Source: Lachnospiraceae bacterium (GTDB taxonomy: Bacteria; Bacillota; Clostridia; Lachnospirales; Lachnospiraceae). Taken from it: a stretch of DNA of 64,000 nucleotides. Positions 48,487 through 57,505 of the stretch are shown one piece after another. The stretch is from the NCBI GenBank assembly GCA_017448245.1, contig JAFSLV010000028.1, positions 32,441 to 96,440 of the forward strand. Direction: 5' to 3'. The notes beneath the pieces are model-generated. The model was given only the letters and a program-made list of their open reading frames with translations. It was not told where the DNA came from and ran no database searches. The first letter of the stretch is position 1. Each line of letters opens with the position of its first letter. The position numbers were made by a program, and so were the translations under genes.

Positions 48487-48612
48487 TGTAGTTCTCCCCT
48501 GTAGAAGTGGTGTTCCTTACCGCTGCATCCTGTGTCTTATACCATATACCAAATCGCATCGCTCATGCTGCGCATTTCGCGCTGCTTTTTTCCTCATGTC
48601 TGCCTGCTTTCA

Positions 48613-48658
48613 AACAGGTACACGGATCTGCGAGTAAACTCGCATCCGTGCACCTGTT
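48613..48658. repeat. Long imperfect hairpin (REP-like or terminator) after fliD
   Basis: AACAGGT-a-CACGGAT-ct-GCGAGT-aa-ACTCGC-ATCCGTG-c-ACCTGTT. Confidence 0.6.
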
Positions 48659-48670
48659 CTCAATCCATGA

Positions 48671-50209
48671 TTATCCAAAGTATCCTGACATATTCTGCTG
48701 CACCTGGTTGAGCTTGGACATCGCCGTCTCCATCTTGGCAAACTTGGCGTAGTACGCGTCCTGCTTTTTGTTGAGGCGCTCCTGTGCGGTCGCGATCTGC
48801 GTGTTGTAGCTCGAGTACTGCTGTGCCATGAGCTTGTCCTCGTAGATCGTAAAGGACGAGGAATACGTCGTGCCCTTCATCTGGTTGAACATCGTATCAC
48901 GCAGCTTCTGCGCGAGCTTCGAGAAGAAGTCCGCCACGGCGTCCGGATCGGAATCGATCATCGCCTGCAGCTTATCCTCGGCGGACTTGCTGACGATATC
49001 GTCCTTATCCCCGTCGATGTGCAGCACGCCTCTTTCTTCCTTGGCCGTTGTCAGATAAGAACCGGTGTTGATACCGAAATCCGACAGCGTCATCTCCTTC
49101 TTGGAGCCGTCGCCGAGCACGACCTCAAACTTCTGCTGCATGAGGCTCTTTAATCCGCTCGTGATCTCGCCGAGTGTCGAATCCTTGCTGAGCAGGCCGT
49201 CCTTGATCTTCTTTTCCCACTCCTCGACCTCGCGGTCGCTCATCGCGTACTTCTCATCCTCGGTGAGCATCTTGAACTTGGCGCTGGAGTCCGCATAGTA
49301 CGAGGTATCGAGCGTCTTGATCATCTCGTTGTACTGCTTGAGCAGATCCTTGACCATGTCATAGATCCCGGAGGTATCCGTCTTGGTCGTGATCGTAAAT
49401 TCCTTGTCGGTAACTTCGTTGGCCGTGATCTGCAGTCCGTTGATGTCAAAGGTGCCGTCCGCGTCAAAATACTTGACACCGTTCAGCTCGATTTCGGCAT
49501 CGCTGCCGTCGTTGTACGTGCCGTTGAGAAGGCCCAGCTTTTCGGCAAGGACGCTGTTCTCGAATGTAAAGTTCGCAAAATTACCGGTCGTTGCCGCGGA
49601 CATATAGATCCTGCCCTGGTTGGCATCAAAATTGGCATTGAACCTGGCGCTCGAGCCGTCGACCTTTGCGCCCTTGATCGCCGAGATCACCTCATCAATC
49701 GTCGAATCCTTGGTAAACTTCAGACTAATGGTGCCCTCGTTATCCTGGCTCTCAAACTCTCCCGCCGCATTATAATTGAATTTGCCGACATTGATCTTGA
49801 GCTCGTACTCTCCGCCGTCTGTCAGGCCGAGATCCGCGAGCGTCTTGGAACCGCTCGTTGCGCCTTCGATCTTGTCGCCGGTCGTAAACGCACTCGACGC
49901 GATCTTGTTGACCTTCATCGTCTGCGTCGCATTCATCGCGGCATCCTTGGTCGTGATCTTCACCGCATTCGGGTTGGTTGCCGTCGTCACTTTTTTCATG
50001 AAGGACGACTTCATGCTCATCGTATCGAGCGGGCCGTTATAGAACTTGGTAAAAGCCGAGTTCATCGACTTCCACGCGTCCTGTTTCCACTCGAGGCGTT
50101 TCTGGTTGCCGGTCAGATTGTCGACCTTTTTCTGATAACCGGAGACGAGCGATGTGACCAACGACTCTGTATCCAGTCCCGAACTCAATCCCGTTACTCT
50201 GTTAGGCAT
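48671..50209 (-). CDS. fliD: Flagellar filament cap FliD
   Basis: TGLSSGLDTESLV, GSDAEIELNG, YYAKFAKMETAMSKLN. Confidence 0.95.
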   Translation of the reverse strand: MPNRVTGLSSGLDTESLVTSLVSGYQKKVDNLTGNQKRLEWKQDAWKSMNSAFTKFYNGPLDTMSMKSSFMKKVTTATNPNAVKITTKDAAMNATQTMKVNKIASSAFTTGDKIEGATSGSKTLADLGLTDGGEYELKINVGKFNYNAAGEFESQDNEGTISLKFTKDSTIDEVISAIKGAKVDGSSARFNANFDANQGRIYMSAATTGNFANFTFENSVLAEKLGLLNGTYNDGSDAEIELNGVKYFDADGTFDINGLQITANEVTDKEFTITTKTDTSGIYDMVKDLLKQYNEMIKTLDTSYYADSSAKFKMLTEDEKYAMSDREVEEWEKKIKDGLLSKDSTLGEITSGLKSLMQQKFEVVLGDGSKKEMTLSDFGINTGSYLTTAKEERGVLHIDGDKDDIVSKSAEDKLQAMIDSDPDAVADFFSKLAQKLRDTMFNQMKGTTYSSSFTIYEDKLMAQQYSSYNTQIATAQERLNKKQDAYYAKFAKMETAMSKLNQVQQNMSGYFG

Positions 50210-50319
50210 AACTTCCTCCGATCTGAAGGGACGTCCCTGTCCGCTTCTGAAAATGTTACTTTCCGTTTCCTGCCGCACATCCCTGTGTGGCGCCTCCTGC
50301 TACCCTTTATCTGAAAGGA

Positions 50320-50760
50320 TCAACCTTTTTCATCCACCAGGATACCTGCCAGCTCCCAGACCTTGGCGATCATGTCGAGGGTCTTGTCCGGCGGAAATTC
50401 CTTGATCACCTTCTTGGACTCCTTGTCGACCATCTTGATCGTCACGCGGTTGGTCTTCTCATGAACGCCAAAGACCGCCTCTGTGTTCTGGTCGAGCTTT
50501 TTATTGATGGTCGAAACCGCCTTACGGATCCTCTCGTTTTCGGCTTCGATCTCCTGTTCGGTCTGCTGGCGCTTCTGTGCGCCTTCCTGCATCTCTTCTC
50601 TCGGCGACGGGGCCTGTGCTGACGGCTCCACGCTGTTATGCAGTTCCTGGATCTCTACAACGGGCGCCTCGACGGCCTGCTTTTCGACGACGGGCTGTGC
50701 CGGGATCACCTGTTGGGTGTTAATTGTACTGCCTGCACCTGATACTGCACCGATTCCCAT
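50320..50760 (-). CDS. flaG: FlaG family protein
   Basis: VHEKTNRVTIKMVDKESKKVIKEFPPDKTLD. Confidence 0.92.
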   Translation of the reverse strand: MGIGAVSGAGSTINTQQVIPAQPVVEKQAVEAPVVEIQELHNSVEPSAQAPSPREEMQEGAQKRQQTEQEIEAENERIRKAVSTINKKLDQNTEAVFGVHEKTNRVTIKMVDKESKKVIKEFPPDKTLDMIAKVWELAGILVDEKG

Positions 50761-50890
50761 AATTGTTCACCTCCATGTGGTGTGGTGCGCATTCCCCATC
50801 GTGCCACCTCCCTGTGGTACATGCGTAATCGCTGTTTCATCTATATCAAAAGATACGCATAAAGAGACTCTATGCATTCTTTCACATTGT

Positions 50891-50917
50891 ATATCGGCTG
50901 AAAAATCGGAATCTTTA
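50891..50917 (-). promoter_or_regulatory. Sigma-28 promoter of flaG-fliD-fliS
   Basis: TAAA-N15-GCCGATAT. Confidence 0.9.
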
Positions 50918-50994
50918 CAGAAAAAATCTAAAATCGCCTGACCTTAAAAAAAAATGTTGATATTGTGATCGACGTCACTTTTTGATCGTCCCGC

Positions 50995-52182
50995 CTATTG
51001 ACGGTCAACGAGGATCTGATCGAGCATGTTTTTCAAAATCTGTTTGTAATCATAATGCTCCAGCACTTTTTTGCGCCCTGCGGCGGCGATCCGCTCCCGT
51101 TCCCCGTCATGCGTGAGATAATAGGCGCATTTTTCGAGCAGATCCTCCGGGGTCGTGGCGATCACCAGTTCTTCCCCGTCCGCAAACCGGGCAGCGACCT
51201 CCTCCTGGAATGTCGTGATGAGAAAGCCTCCGGCCGCCATCACGTCGAGGACCCGCAAAGGAATCCCGGAAATGATCGTACGCAGGGTCAGATTGAGATT
51301 GATCTTTGCGCGGTGAAAGATCCGCGGCATCTCCCGGTAATAATCCGCAAAACCGTGCGCCCGCACCCCCTCGGGGATCTTCTGGTCCTTTCTGGTATAC
51401 AGGTCCACTTGAAAATACTTTGCCAGCATCGCAAGGAGCTTTGGCCGCTCGTTTTTGGTCACCTTCTTGCGCAGAAGGTCGCGCAACACGATATTTTCAT
51501 CCATCGTGAAATACTCGGTCCGCTGAATATTGACATACTCGTGCATCCTTGCGATCTGCGCGGCGCTCACAACGGATTCTTCGCCGATCATGTCATAACC
51601 GAACACATGCTCCTGTGCAGCGATCACTCCGTCAAAATAACCCTTCAGATCCGGCGGCAGATAGGTGATCTGGTCGTAAAAATCATATTCGTCGTCATAG
51701 AGCGTTCCGAGAAAGCAGATATCATACGCATACGGCTTGTTTTCGAGCCCCTCCGTCATCCTCCGCACGCGGTCTCCCTTGACCCCGAGCGGCGAATAAT
51801 GCATCGTCTCATGACCCTGAGCGCGCATCATCTGCGCCTGCTTGCGGTCAAAGGTATAGATATGGTTGCGGGGATTGTCGATCTCGACACTCGTCAGCGG
51901 CAGAAACGGCGAATCAAACACCAGGCACAGATACGGCGTATCCGTCTTTTTGCAGGCGATCGAGACCACGGGAAAAAAATTGTAAGAAAAGACAAAGTCG
52001 TAGTAAGGCGCGCCGTTCTCCTTTTTTCGGAGCTCCTCAAGCAGCGCCTGCTCAAACGTATCGTCATGCCCGAGATTCTGCCACTCGTAACGGATGGCCG
52101 TGACATCACAGCCCATCTCCCGGAAGCTGTCGATGCCGTCCTGTGCGTTAAATTCGTCCCAGGTGTAATATAAGACTCTCAT
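50995..52182 (-). CDS. CgeB/DUF3880-type glycosyltransferase inside the core flagellar cluster
   Basis: VFSYNFFP, LVFDSP, AKINLNLTLRTIISGIPLRVLDVMAAGGFL. Confidence 0.9.
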   Translation of the reverse strand: MRVLYYTWDEFNAQDGIDSFREMGCDVTAIRYEWQNLGHDDTFEQALLEELRKKENGAPYYDFVFSYNFFPVVSIACKKTDTPYLCLVFDSPFLPLTSVEIDNPRNHIYTFDRKQAQMMRAQGHETMHYSPLGVKGDRVRRMTEGLENKPYAYDICFLGTLYDDEYDFYDQITYLPPDLKGYFDGVIAAQEHVFGYDMIGEESVVSAAQIARMHEYVNIQRTEYFTMDENIVLRDLLRKKVTKNERPKLLAMLAKYFQVDLYTRKDQKIPEGVRAHGFADYYREMPRIFHRAKINLNLTLRTIISGIPLRVLDVMAAGGFLITTFQEEVAARFADGEELVIATTPEDLLEKCAYYLTHDGERERIAAAGRKKVLEHYDYKQILKNMLDQILVDRQ

Positions 52183-52227
52183 TGTTTACTGTGGACAGAA
52201 GGGACGGTGTGACCGTCCCTTCATTGC

Positions 52228-52467
52228 TTACTCTTTTTCCTTCAATGCACCGCCGATCAGATCTCCCAGCGCCTGCAGGTCACCGATGTCGGTTGAGACC
52301 TTGTTTTCCTCGCGGATCTGCAGGTAGACCTCCTTGCGGTAGATCGGCACCTCTCTGGGTGCGGCGATCCCGATCTTGACCTGATCACCCCGGATATCGA
52401 GCACGGTAATCTCGACGTCGTTGTTGATCACGATCGCCTCGTTCTTTTTTCTTGATAATGCAAGCAT
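52228..52467 (-). CDS. csrA: Carbon storage regulator CsrA
   Basis: [32 protein letters not shown]. Confidence 0.97.
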   Translation of the reverse strand: MLALSRKKNEAIVINNDVEITVLDIRGDQVKIGIAAPREVPIYRKEVYLQIREENKVSTDIGDLQALGDLIGGALKEKE

Positions 52468-52479
52468 ATATTCTTCCCC

Positions 52480-52944
52480 TTATGCGTCTTTTTTGGCGTC
52501 CTTCTGTGCTTTGAGAATCTCGTAGATCGGGAACTTCACCGGATACTCGTCTTCGTCCAGAATGATCTGCGCCGCCTTTTTTGTCTCCGTATTGATGGCG
52601 ATCGGCCCCTTGAGGTTGACGGTCATCTTCTCGAGTTCGTGCGGTACCGTCACCGTCACCAGCACAAGCGTCGTCTCGGAATTGATCGGCTTGATGTCTT
52701 CGAGGACATCGTCATCGACCTGCGGATTGTAATCGTCCTTGACGTAAAGCGGATCCATGACCGGCATCGCAAACGCCGGCTCGTCGATCGACTGCAGCCA
52801 GTGAATGGCGCCAAGACCCTGCTCCTGATCATACATCATCGCAAATTTCTGCATCTCCGGAAAACCGATGATGCCCTTGGGGAATGTGATAATGCGTGCG
52901 TCGTCAATGTCCACTTCTCCGAAAATCCTTGTCGTAATCTTCAT
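52480..52944 (-). CDS. fliW: Flagellar assembly factor FliW
   Basis: ITFPKGIIGF, WLQS, TVNLKGPIAIN. Confidence 0.95.
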   Translation of the reverse strand: MKITTRIFGEVDIDDARIITFPKGIIGFPEMQKFAMMYDQEQGLGAIHWLQSIDEPAFAMPVMDPLYVKDDYNPQVDDDVLEDIKPINSETTLVLVTVTVPHELEKMTVNLKGPIAINTETKKAAQIILDEDEYPVKFPIYEILKAQKDAKKDA

Positions 52945-53026
52945 GATTCACTCCTTTTTACATCCATAAAATGAGTTGGGGGTTTATATATGCACGTCGC
53001 CCTGTGGCGTACGATTTTCCGTTATA

Positions 53027-53054
53027 ATTATATCAGATTTTCGTCTTTGTGCAA
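53027..53054 (-). promoter_or_regulatory. Sigma-70-type promoter for fliW-csrA-GT
   Basis: TTGCAC-N16-TATAAT. Confidence 0.55.
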
Positions 53055-53071
53055 CTACAAGATGTTGTGTT

Positions 53072-55273
53072 TTATATGTAATCCATCAAAGATGTCGTCA
53101 TGATCTTTCCGGTGGCCTGGAGGCTCGACTCGTACGTGAGTCTGGCCATCGTGAGCATCGTGCCGGCCTCCGCGAGATCCACATCCTCATTTTCGGACTG
53201 CAGTTCCTTGAAGGTGGCGGTCTGGTCCATGAGTCTCGACTCAATGAGATCGAGGCGCTTGGAGCGCGTGCCGTTGACCGTCACTGCGTTGTTCGCCATG
53301 TCGATCGCCTTGGTGACGCCCGTGATCTTGGCACCGAACTCGTCCTTCATGATATCCGTCAGATAATCGTAGGCTTTCTGGGCGGCGTAGATTTCTTTCT
53401 GGATACTTTCCTGGTCGGTCTGCACATCCGTATTGGCCAGCTCCTGCTTCAGGATATTGAGCCGGTTGTCCACATCCGCCATCTGGTCAAGGATCCTGCG
53501 CAGATCCTGCGCGTCGCGCTTGACCTCATTGGTAAAGACCTCGCTCGCCATCGTGTTGACCTCGATCTTCTGGTTGTAACCGATGTCATAGCGCATGATG
53601 TGGTCGGCGTTGCCGATGTTGTATTTGATTCCTTCATTCGTGCAGGCAAAGAGATTTTCCGGTCTCGTGTCGCCCTTGACGAAGTTGGTCTTGTCGTAGA
53701 CCGCGTTCAGGGTATTGGCATTGATGATGTCCTTTAAGGAGGTCAGTTTGTCGTTGAGTTGCTTGCTGAAGAGGATCTCACCGGTTGCGGCATTGACAAC
53801 AAACTGCTTTTCATATGTCGGATTCGTTCCCGTATAGGTGTCATGGAGTTCTCTGTATACGGCATCGATACTGTCCGCCGGCGTGGTGGCATCGATCACC
53901 TCATACGGATGGAGATCCGTCTCTACATAGGAAGAGTGTACAGCACCGCCGGAGTTCAACTGGACGATGCTGCGTTTGTCGTTGCCGTCTGCGTCCGTCC
54001 TGTCCTCGCTTGAAAGAGTGTACGTGCCGTCCGTATTGACCGTAATGAAATAGTCATTGCTCCCCTGATTGACCTTCATCGTATACGGCTGTTTGGTCTC
54101 ATCCGACAGTGGGATCCGGATCACTTCCTGCGAGCCGCCCGCCTCCGCCGTCATCTTGACCTCGGACACCTGTGCCTCAGTGACCGTCGTCGTCGCGGCC
54201 AAAATCTTATCATAGCCTGCCGGTGACGCAGCGGGAAAATCGACCGGCTTGTCGGGGTCGGAACCGTCATAGATGACACCCTTGGCGTTGACATAGATTT
54301 TTCCGGTGTAGGTGCCGCTGCCGGGGTTACCCTGCTTGTCCGCAGTATACGTGACTTCATACTTTGCCGGATCCGTTCCGGATGCCGGAATATAGGTTGC
54401 CTGATAGGTCTCCTCAGTGCCGTCGGGATTCTTGATCGTGATATCGACCGGACCGCTTCCCGTCCCGTCGTCCACCGGAAGATGCACGGTGTGGCTTGCG
54501 CCGTCGTCCGTCGTAAAGGACAGATTGACCATACCGACATTCGATGCCGCGGGCAAAACCGTCGATGCGGCGGAAATCGCCATGTTTTCACGGAACTGCA
54601 GGGTAAAGTCATTCATGTCCGAGGTACCGGTGATATCCAGCTTGTCATACGACAAGCGCAGTCTCCCGACCGTATACAGGCTGACATTTGATTCCAACAT
54701 CGGATTCGTAAGCTCATCCCCGCTCGCAAATTCGCCCATACTCGTCACGCGGTCCGAGGTATCGATATGACTTGCGTTGAACTCATCCTGGATATCCTCA
54801 TACTTTTTCGAGGTATCCTCCATAAAGGAGAGTGACATGTCCGTACGATAGCCGGTAAAGGCGTAACGTCCCGCGTAATCGACATTGCCGACATTGTAAT
54901 ACTCATCCGCCAGCTGCTCGATCTGGGTGACGATCGCCTGCCAGTCGGTGAGGGTCTTGTATTTGTCGGGACCGGACGTCACGAGTTTTTTGAGATCGAC
55001 CAGAACGGAGCTGTCGCCGCTGATCGAGCTCAGTGCGCCCTCCGTAACCTCGAGCCACGCCGCGGCATCCTTGGCGTTCTTTTCGTAGTACTGTGAGAGC
55101 TCCGTTACGTTGGAGCGCAGCCTGAGCGCGCGGATCGCAATGACGGGATCCTCGCTCGGGCGGTTGACCTTCTTACCGGTCATGATCGATGTCGTGATAT
55201 CATTTTCCTTGACCTTGTTGTTGTTGATATTGTACAAGGAATTGTTTTGCATGATTTTATTGGTGATGCGCAT
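53072..55273 (-). CDS. flgL: Hook-associated protein 3 (FlgL), long form
   Basis: MRITNKIM, TGKKVNRPSEDPVIA, SENEDVDLAEA, KIMTTSLMDYI. Confidence 0.95.
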   Translation of the reverse strand: MRITNKIMQNNSLYNINNNKVKENDITTSIMTGKKVNRPSEDPVIAIRALRLRSNVTELSQYYEKNAKDAAAWLEVTEGALSSISGDSSVLVDLKKLVTSGPDKYKTLTDWQAIVTQIEQLADEYYNVGNVDYAGRYAFTGYRTDMSLSFMEDTSKKYEDIQDEFNASHIDTSDRVTSMGEFASGDELTNPMLESNVSLYTVGRLRLSYDKLDITGTSDMNDFTLQFRENMAISAASTVLPAASNVGMVNLSFTTDDGASHTVHLPVDDGTGSGPVDITIKNPDGTEETYQATYIPASGTDPAKYEVTYTADKQGNPGSGTYTGKIYVNAKGVIYDGSDPDKPVDFPAASPAGYDKILAATTTVTEAQVSEVKMTAEAGGSQEVIRIPLSDETKQPYTMKVNQGSNDYFITVNTDGTYTLSSEDRTDADGNDKRSIVQLNSGGAVHSSYVETDLHPYEVIDATTPADSIDAVYRELHDTYTGTNPTYEKQFVVNAATGEILFSKQLNDKLTSLKDIINANTLNAVYDKTNFVKGDTRPENLFACTNEGIKYNIGNADHIMRYDIGYNQKIEVNTMASEVFTNEVKRDAQDLRRILDQMADVDNRLNILKQELANTDVQTDQESIQKEIYAAQKAYDYLTDIMKDEFGAKITGVTKAIDMANNAVTVNGTRSKRLDLIESRLMDQTATFKELQSENEDVDLAEAGTMLTMARLTYESSLQATGKIMTTSLMDYI

Positions 55274-55279
55274 GTGATT

Positions 55280-55381
55280 TGAATAAGCCTCCGTCAAGCG
55301 GACATGTGTGAGCGGGGCGATTTCCGAATGTTTGTAGGATTGCGGGAGTGCGCAGCACGGAGCAATCCGCAGGCTTATTCA
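55280..55381. repeat. 102-bp element bounded by perfect 11-bp inverted repeats, lying between the flgL SD and start codon
   Basis: TGAATAAGCCT (55280-55290) and AGGCTTATTCA (55371-55381); internal stem GGATTGC/GCAATCC. Confidence 0.8.
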
Positions 55382-55397
55382 TACCTCCTTTCTTACA

Positions 55398-57314
55398 TTA
55401 TACGCCGGTCTGCAGAATCAGTCTGTCGTAGATCTCCGTCAGTGTCTGGATCATCTTGCTCGACAGTGTATACGCGTTCTGGTACTGCACGAGCGAAAGC
55501 GCTTCCTCATCGCGGTCGACGCCGGAGACCGAGAGTCTCTGGTTGTCGATTGTCAGCTCCAGTGAGGAATACGTCGCGAGCATCGTGCCGGAATTATTTT
55601 TATTCATCGAGATGTCCGCCTGCACCTTGCTGAGGAATTCCCCGGCCTTGGCATTGCGGAAAATCGTCTTCTGCGAGCTCATGTCAAAGAGTGCCTGTGC
55701 GGTGCCCGTCTGCTCCGGTCCTTCGCTCCTGTCGGACTTGGTGGGAAGTCTCGTCGGATCATTTAAGAGCACATCGTTGACCTCAAAATTGGAGGCCGTG
55801 AGATACTGGTATTTCTTGTTGGTCGTCGTCAGCTCCTCGTAGCTGTATTGCGCGCTCGAATCGAGGAGCTTGGCGCCCGTCAGCAGCATCACCGGATCAT
55901 CGGAATTGGCGGTATAGCCGCCCATCACGACCTCGTTGGCCGCCGCCGCGTAGCAGCGGATCCACTCGTTCATCTGGGTCATATAGTACGGGATACCCTG
56001 ATAGTTGACCGCACGGCCGATGCGGACGTCCGCTTTGCTGTTAATCTCGGAAGCGAGGATCGCCTTGTCCCCGTCTTCCGCCGGCGGCTTCACAAAAAAC
56101 GAATAGGAGCCGTCCGCATTGTAATTCCAGTCGGTATAGTAGTAAGTGCGGGAGCCGATCGTGATGCGGCTTTCATCCGCCACATTGCTCTTATTCATGT
56201 CCTGCAGGTAAGCCGGCATGGACTCCGCCGTAATCTTCACTTCGTACAGTCCCGCGTGCGGATCGGTGGCAGGCAGCGCCTGCGGCACCGTGACACCGCC
56301 ACCCGTCGTCGTCGTGGCGATCGTATCCGCCTTCCCGTGAAAATACTGTGCGTTATTCCCATCCCGGATATCCACCAGCCCCTGGAGCTTTCCGCCCATC
56401 AGCTGGTTGCCGAGATCAAAGGTCCCGAGATAATTGGTATCACCGTCCTTGTAATTGGACGACACCCACTTGACATCATAGAGACCGTCCACGTCGCTCT
56501 GGTTCATGCGCTCATCCGGCTCTCTCGCGATGCATACGAGCTGCCGGTAGGAGGTATCATCCACCAGGAGGTCTCCGCCCGCGATATGGATCGTAAAGCG
56601 TGTCAGACCCGTTTCTCTCGTCGGGTCGTTGGTATCCGTGACCTTGACTTCCTTTGTCTCGACCGAGACATAACCGGAGAGCTCATCGAGCAGCACGTCT
56701 CTCTTGTCTCGCAGGTCGTTGGCATTGGCGCCGGTCAGTTCGATTGTGTTGATCTGCTGGTTTAAGATCACGATCTTTGACGCGATCGTATTGATGTTGT
56801 CACAGGCGAGCTTGATCTCGTCGTTGGTCGTCTGCTGCAGCTGCTTGAGATTGTCGGAGGTATTGTTAAAATACTCCGTCAGCGAGCGTACGCTGCCGAG
56901 ATAATTGGTCTTGGAATCATCCGTCTTGTTGGTGAGAAACGTCTGCAGATCCGCCTGCATCCGCGTGAACAGAGACGAGAAACCGGCACCCACGTCATCC
57001 TGGAAATAACGCTCGATCAGATCGTTGTAGTAGTCTCTCTGTTCGTATTTACCCAGTGATGTCTCGTTGGTGCGGTATCTTTCATCATAAAAGGCATCGC
57101 GCACACGTTCGATCGCCAGCGTGTCGACACCGGCGCCCGCGCATCCGTATTTGGTAAAGACGCGTAAGGCATCCGAGGCCTCCTGTTCGACCTTTTGTCT
57201 GCTGTATCCGTCGGTTGTGGCGTTGGCGATATTGTTGCCGGTGGCAAGAAGAGCGGCATTTGCCGCACGCAATCCCGATGCCGCGATGTTCAGTCCGAAA
57301 AATTGTGAAGGCAT
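55398..57314 (-). CDS. flgK: Hook-associated protein 1 (FlgK), copy B
   Basis: FGLNIAASGL, NNIANA..GYSRQ, SVSGVDRDEE. Confidence 0.95.
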   Translation of the reverse strand: MPSQFFGLNIAASGLRAANAALLATGNNIANATTDGYSRQKVEQEASDALRVFTKYGCAGAGVDTLAIERVRDAFYDERYRTNETSLGKYEQRDYYNDLIERYFQDDVGAGFSSLFTRMQADLQTFLTNKTDDSKTNYLGSVRSLTEYFNNTSDNLKQLQQTTNDEIKLACDNINTIASKIVILNQQINTIELTGANANDLRDKRDVLLDELSGYVSVETKEVKVTDTNDPTRETGLTRFTIHIAGGDLLVDDTSYRQLVCIAREPDERMNQSDVDGLYDVKWVSSNYKDGDTNYLGTFDLGNQLMGGKLQGLVDIRDGNNAQYFHGKADTIATTTTGGGVTVPQALPATDPHAGLYEVKITAESMPAYLQDMNKSNVADESRITIGSRTYYYTDWNYNADGSYSFFVKPPAEDGDKAILASEINSKADVRIGRAVNYQGIPYYMTQMNEWIRCYAAAANEVVMGGYTANSDDPVMLLTGAKLLDSSAQYSYEELTTTNKKYQYLTASNFEVNDVLLNDPTRLPTKSDRSEGPEQTGTAQALFDMSSQKTIFRNAKAGEFLSKVQADISMNKNNSGTMLATYSSLELTIDNQRLSVSGVDRDEEALSLVQYQNAYTLSSKMIQTLTEIYDRLILQTGV

Positions 57315-57411
57315 GATATCCGGTCCTTTCCCTGTACCCTTGCCGCATGCCCTTCCGTGGGTCCGACATCCCTGCAGAATCCGTTCTGGCGGGTTTACAT
57401 ATTCTGTCAAT

Positions 57412-57439
57412 ATATCGGCAGATGTAGACGATTTCTTTA
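57412..57439 (-). promoter_or_regulatory. Sigma-28 promoter of flgK-B/flgL
   Basis: TAAA-N16-GCCGATAT. Confidence 0.75.
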
Positions 57440-57505
57440 TGCCGGCGCGATAGAGCGAATCTGGATATTACGATGCGCCGCAGGCTCGAAGCGACGGTTT
57501 TTACG

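Noticed and set aside
50946-50955. A10 homopolymer as a phase-variation tract
   Set aside because: Intergenic and outside the sigma-28 spacer; more simply an UP-like or terminator tract. I noticed no long G/C tracts in the GT coding regions
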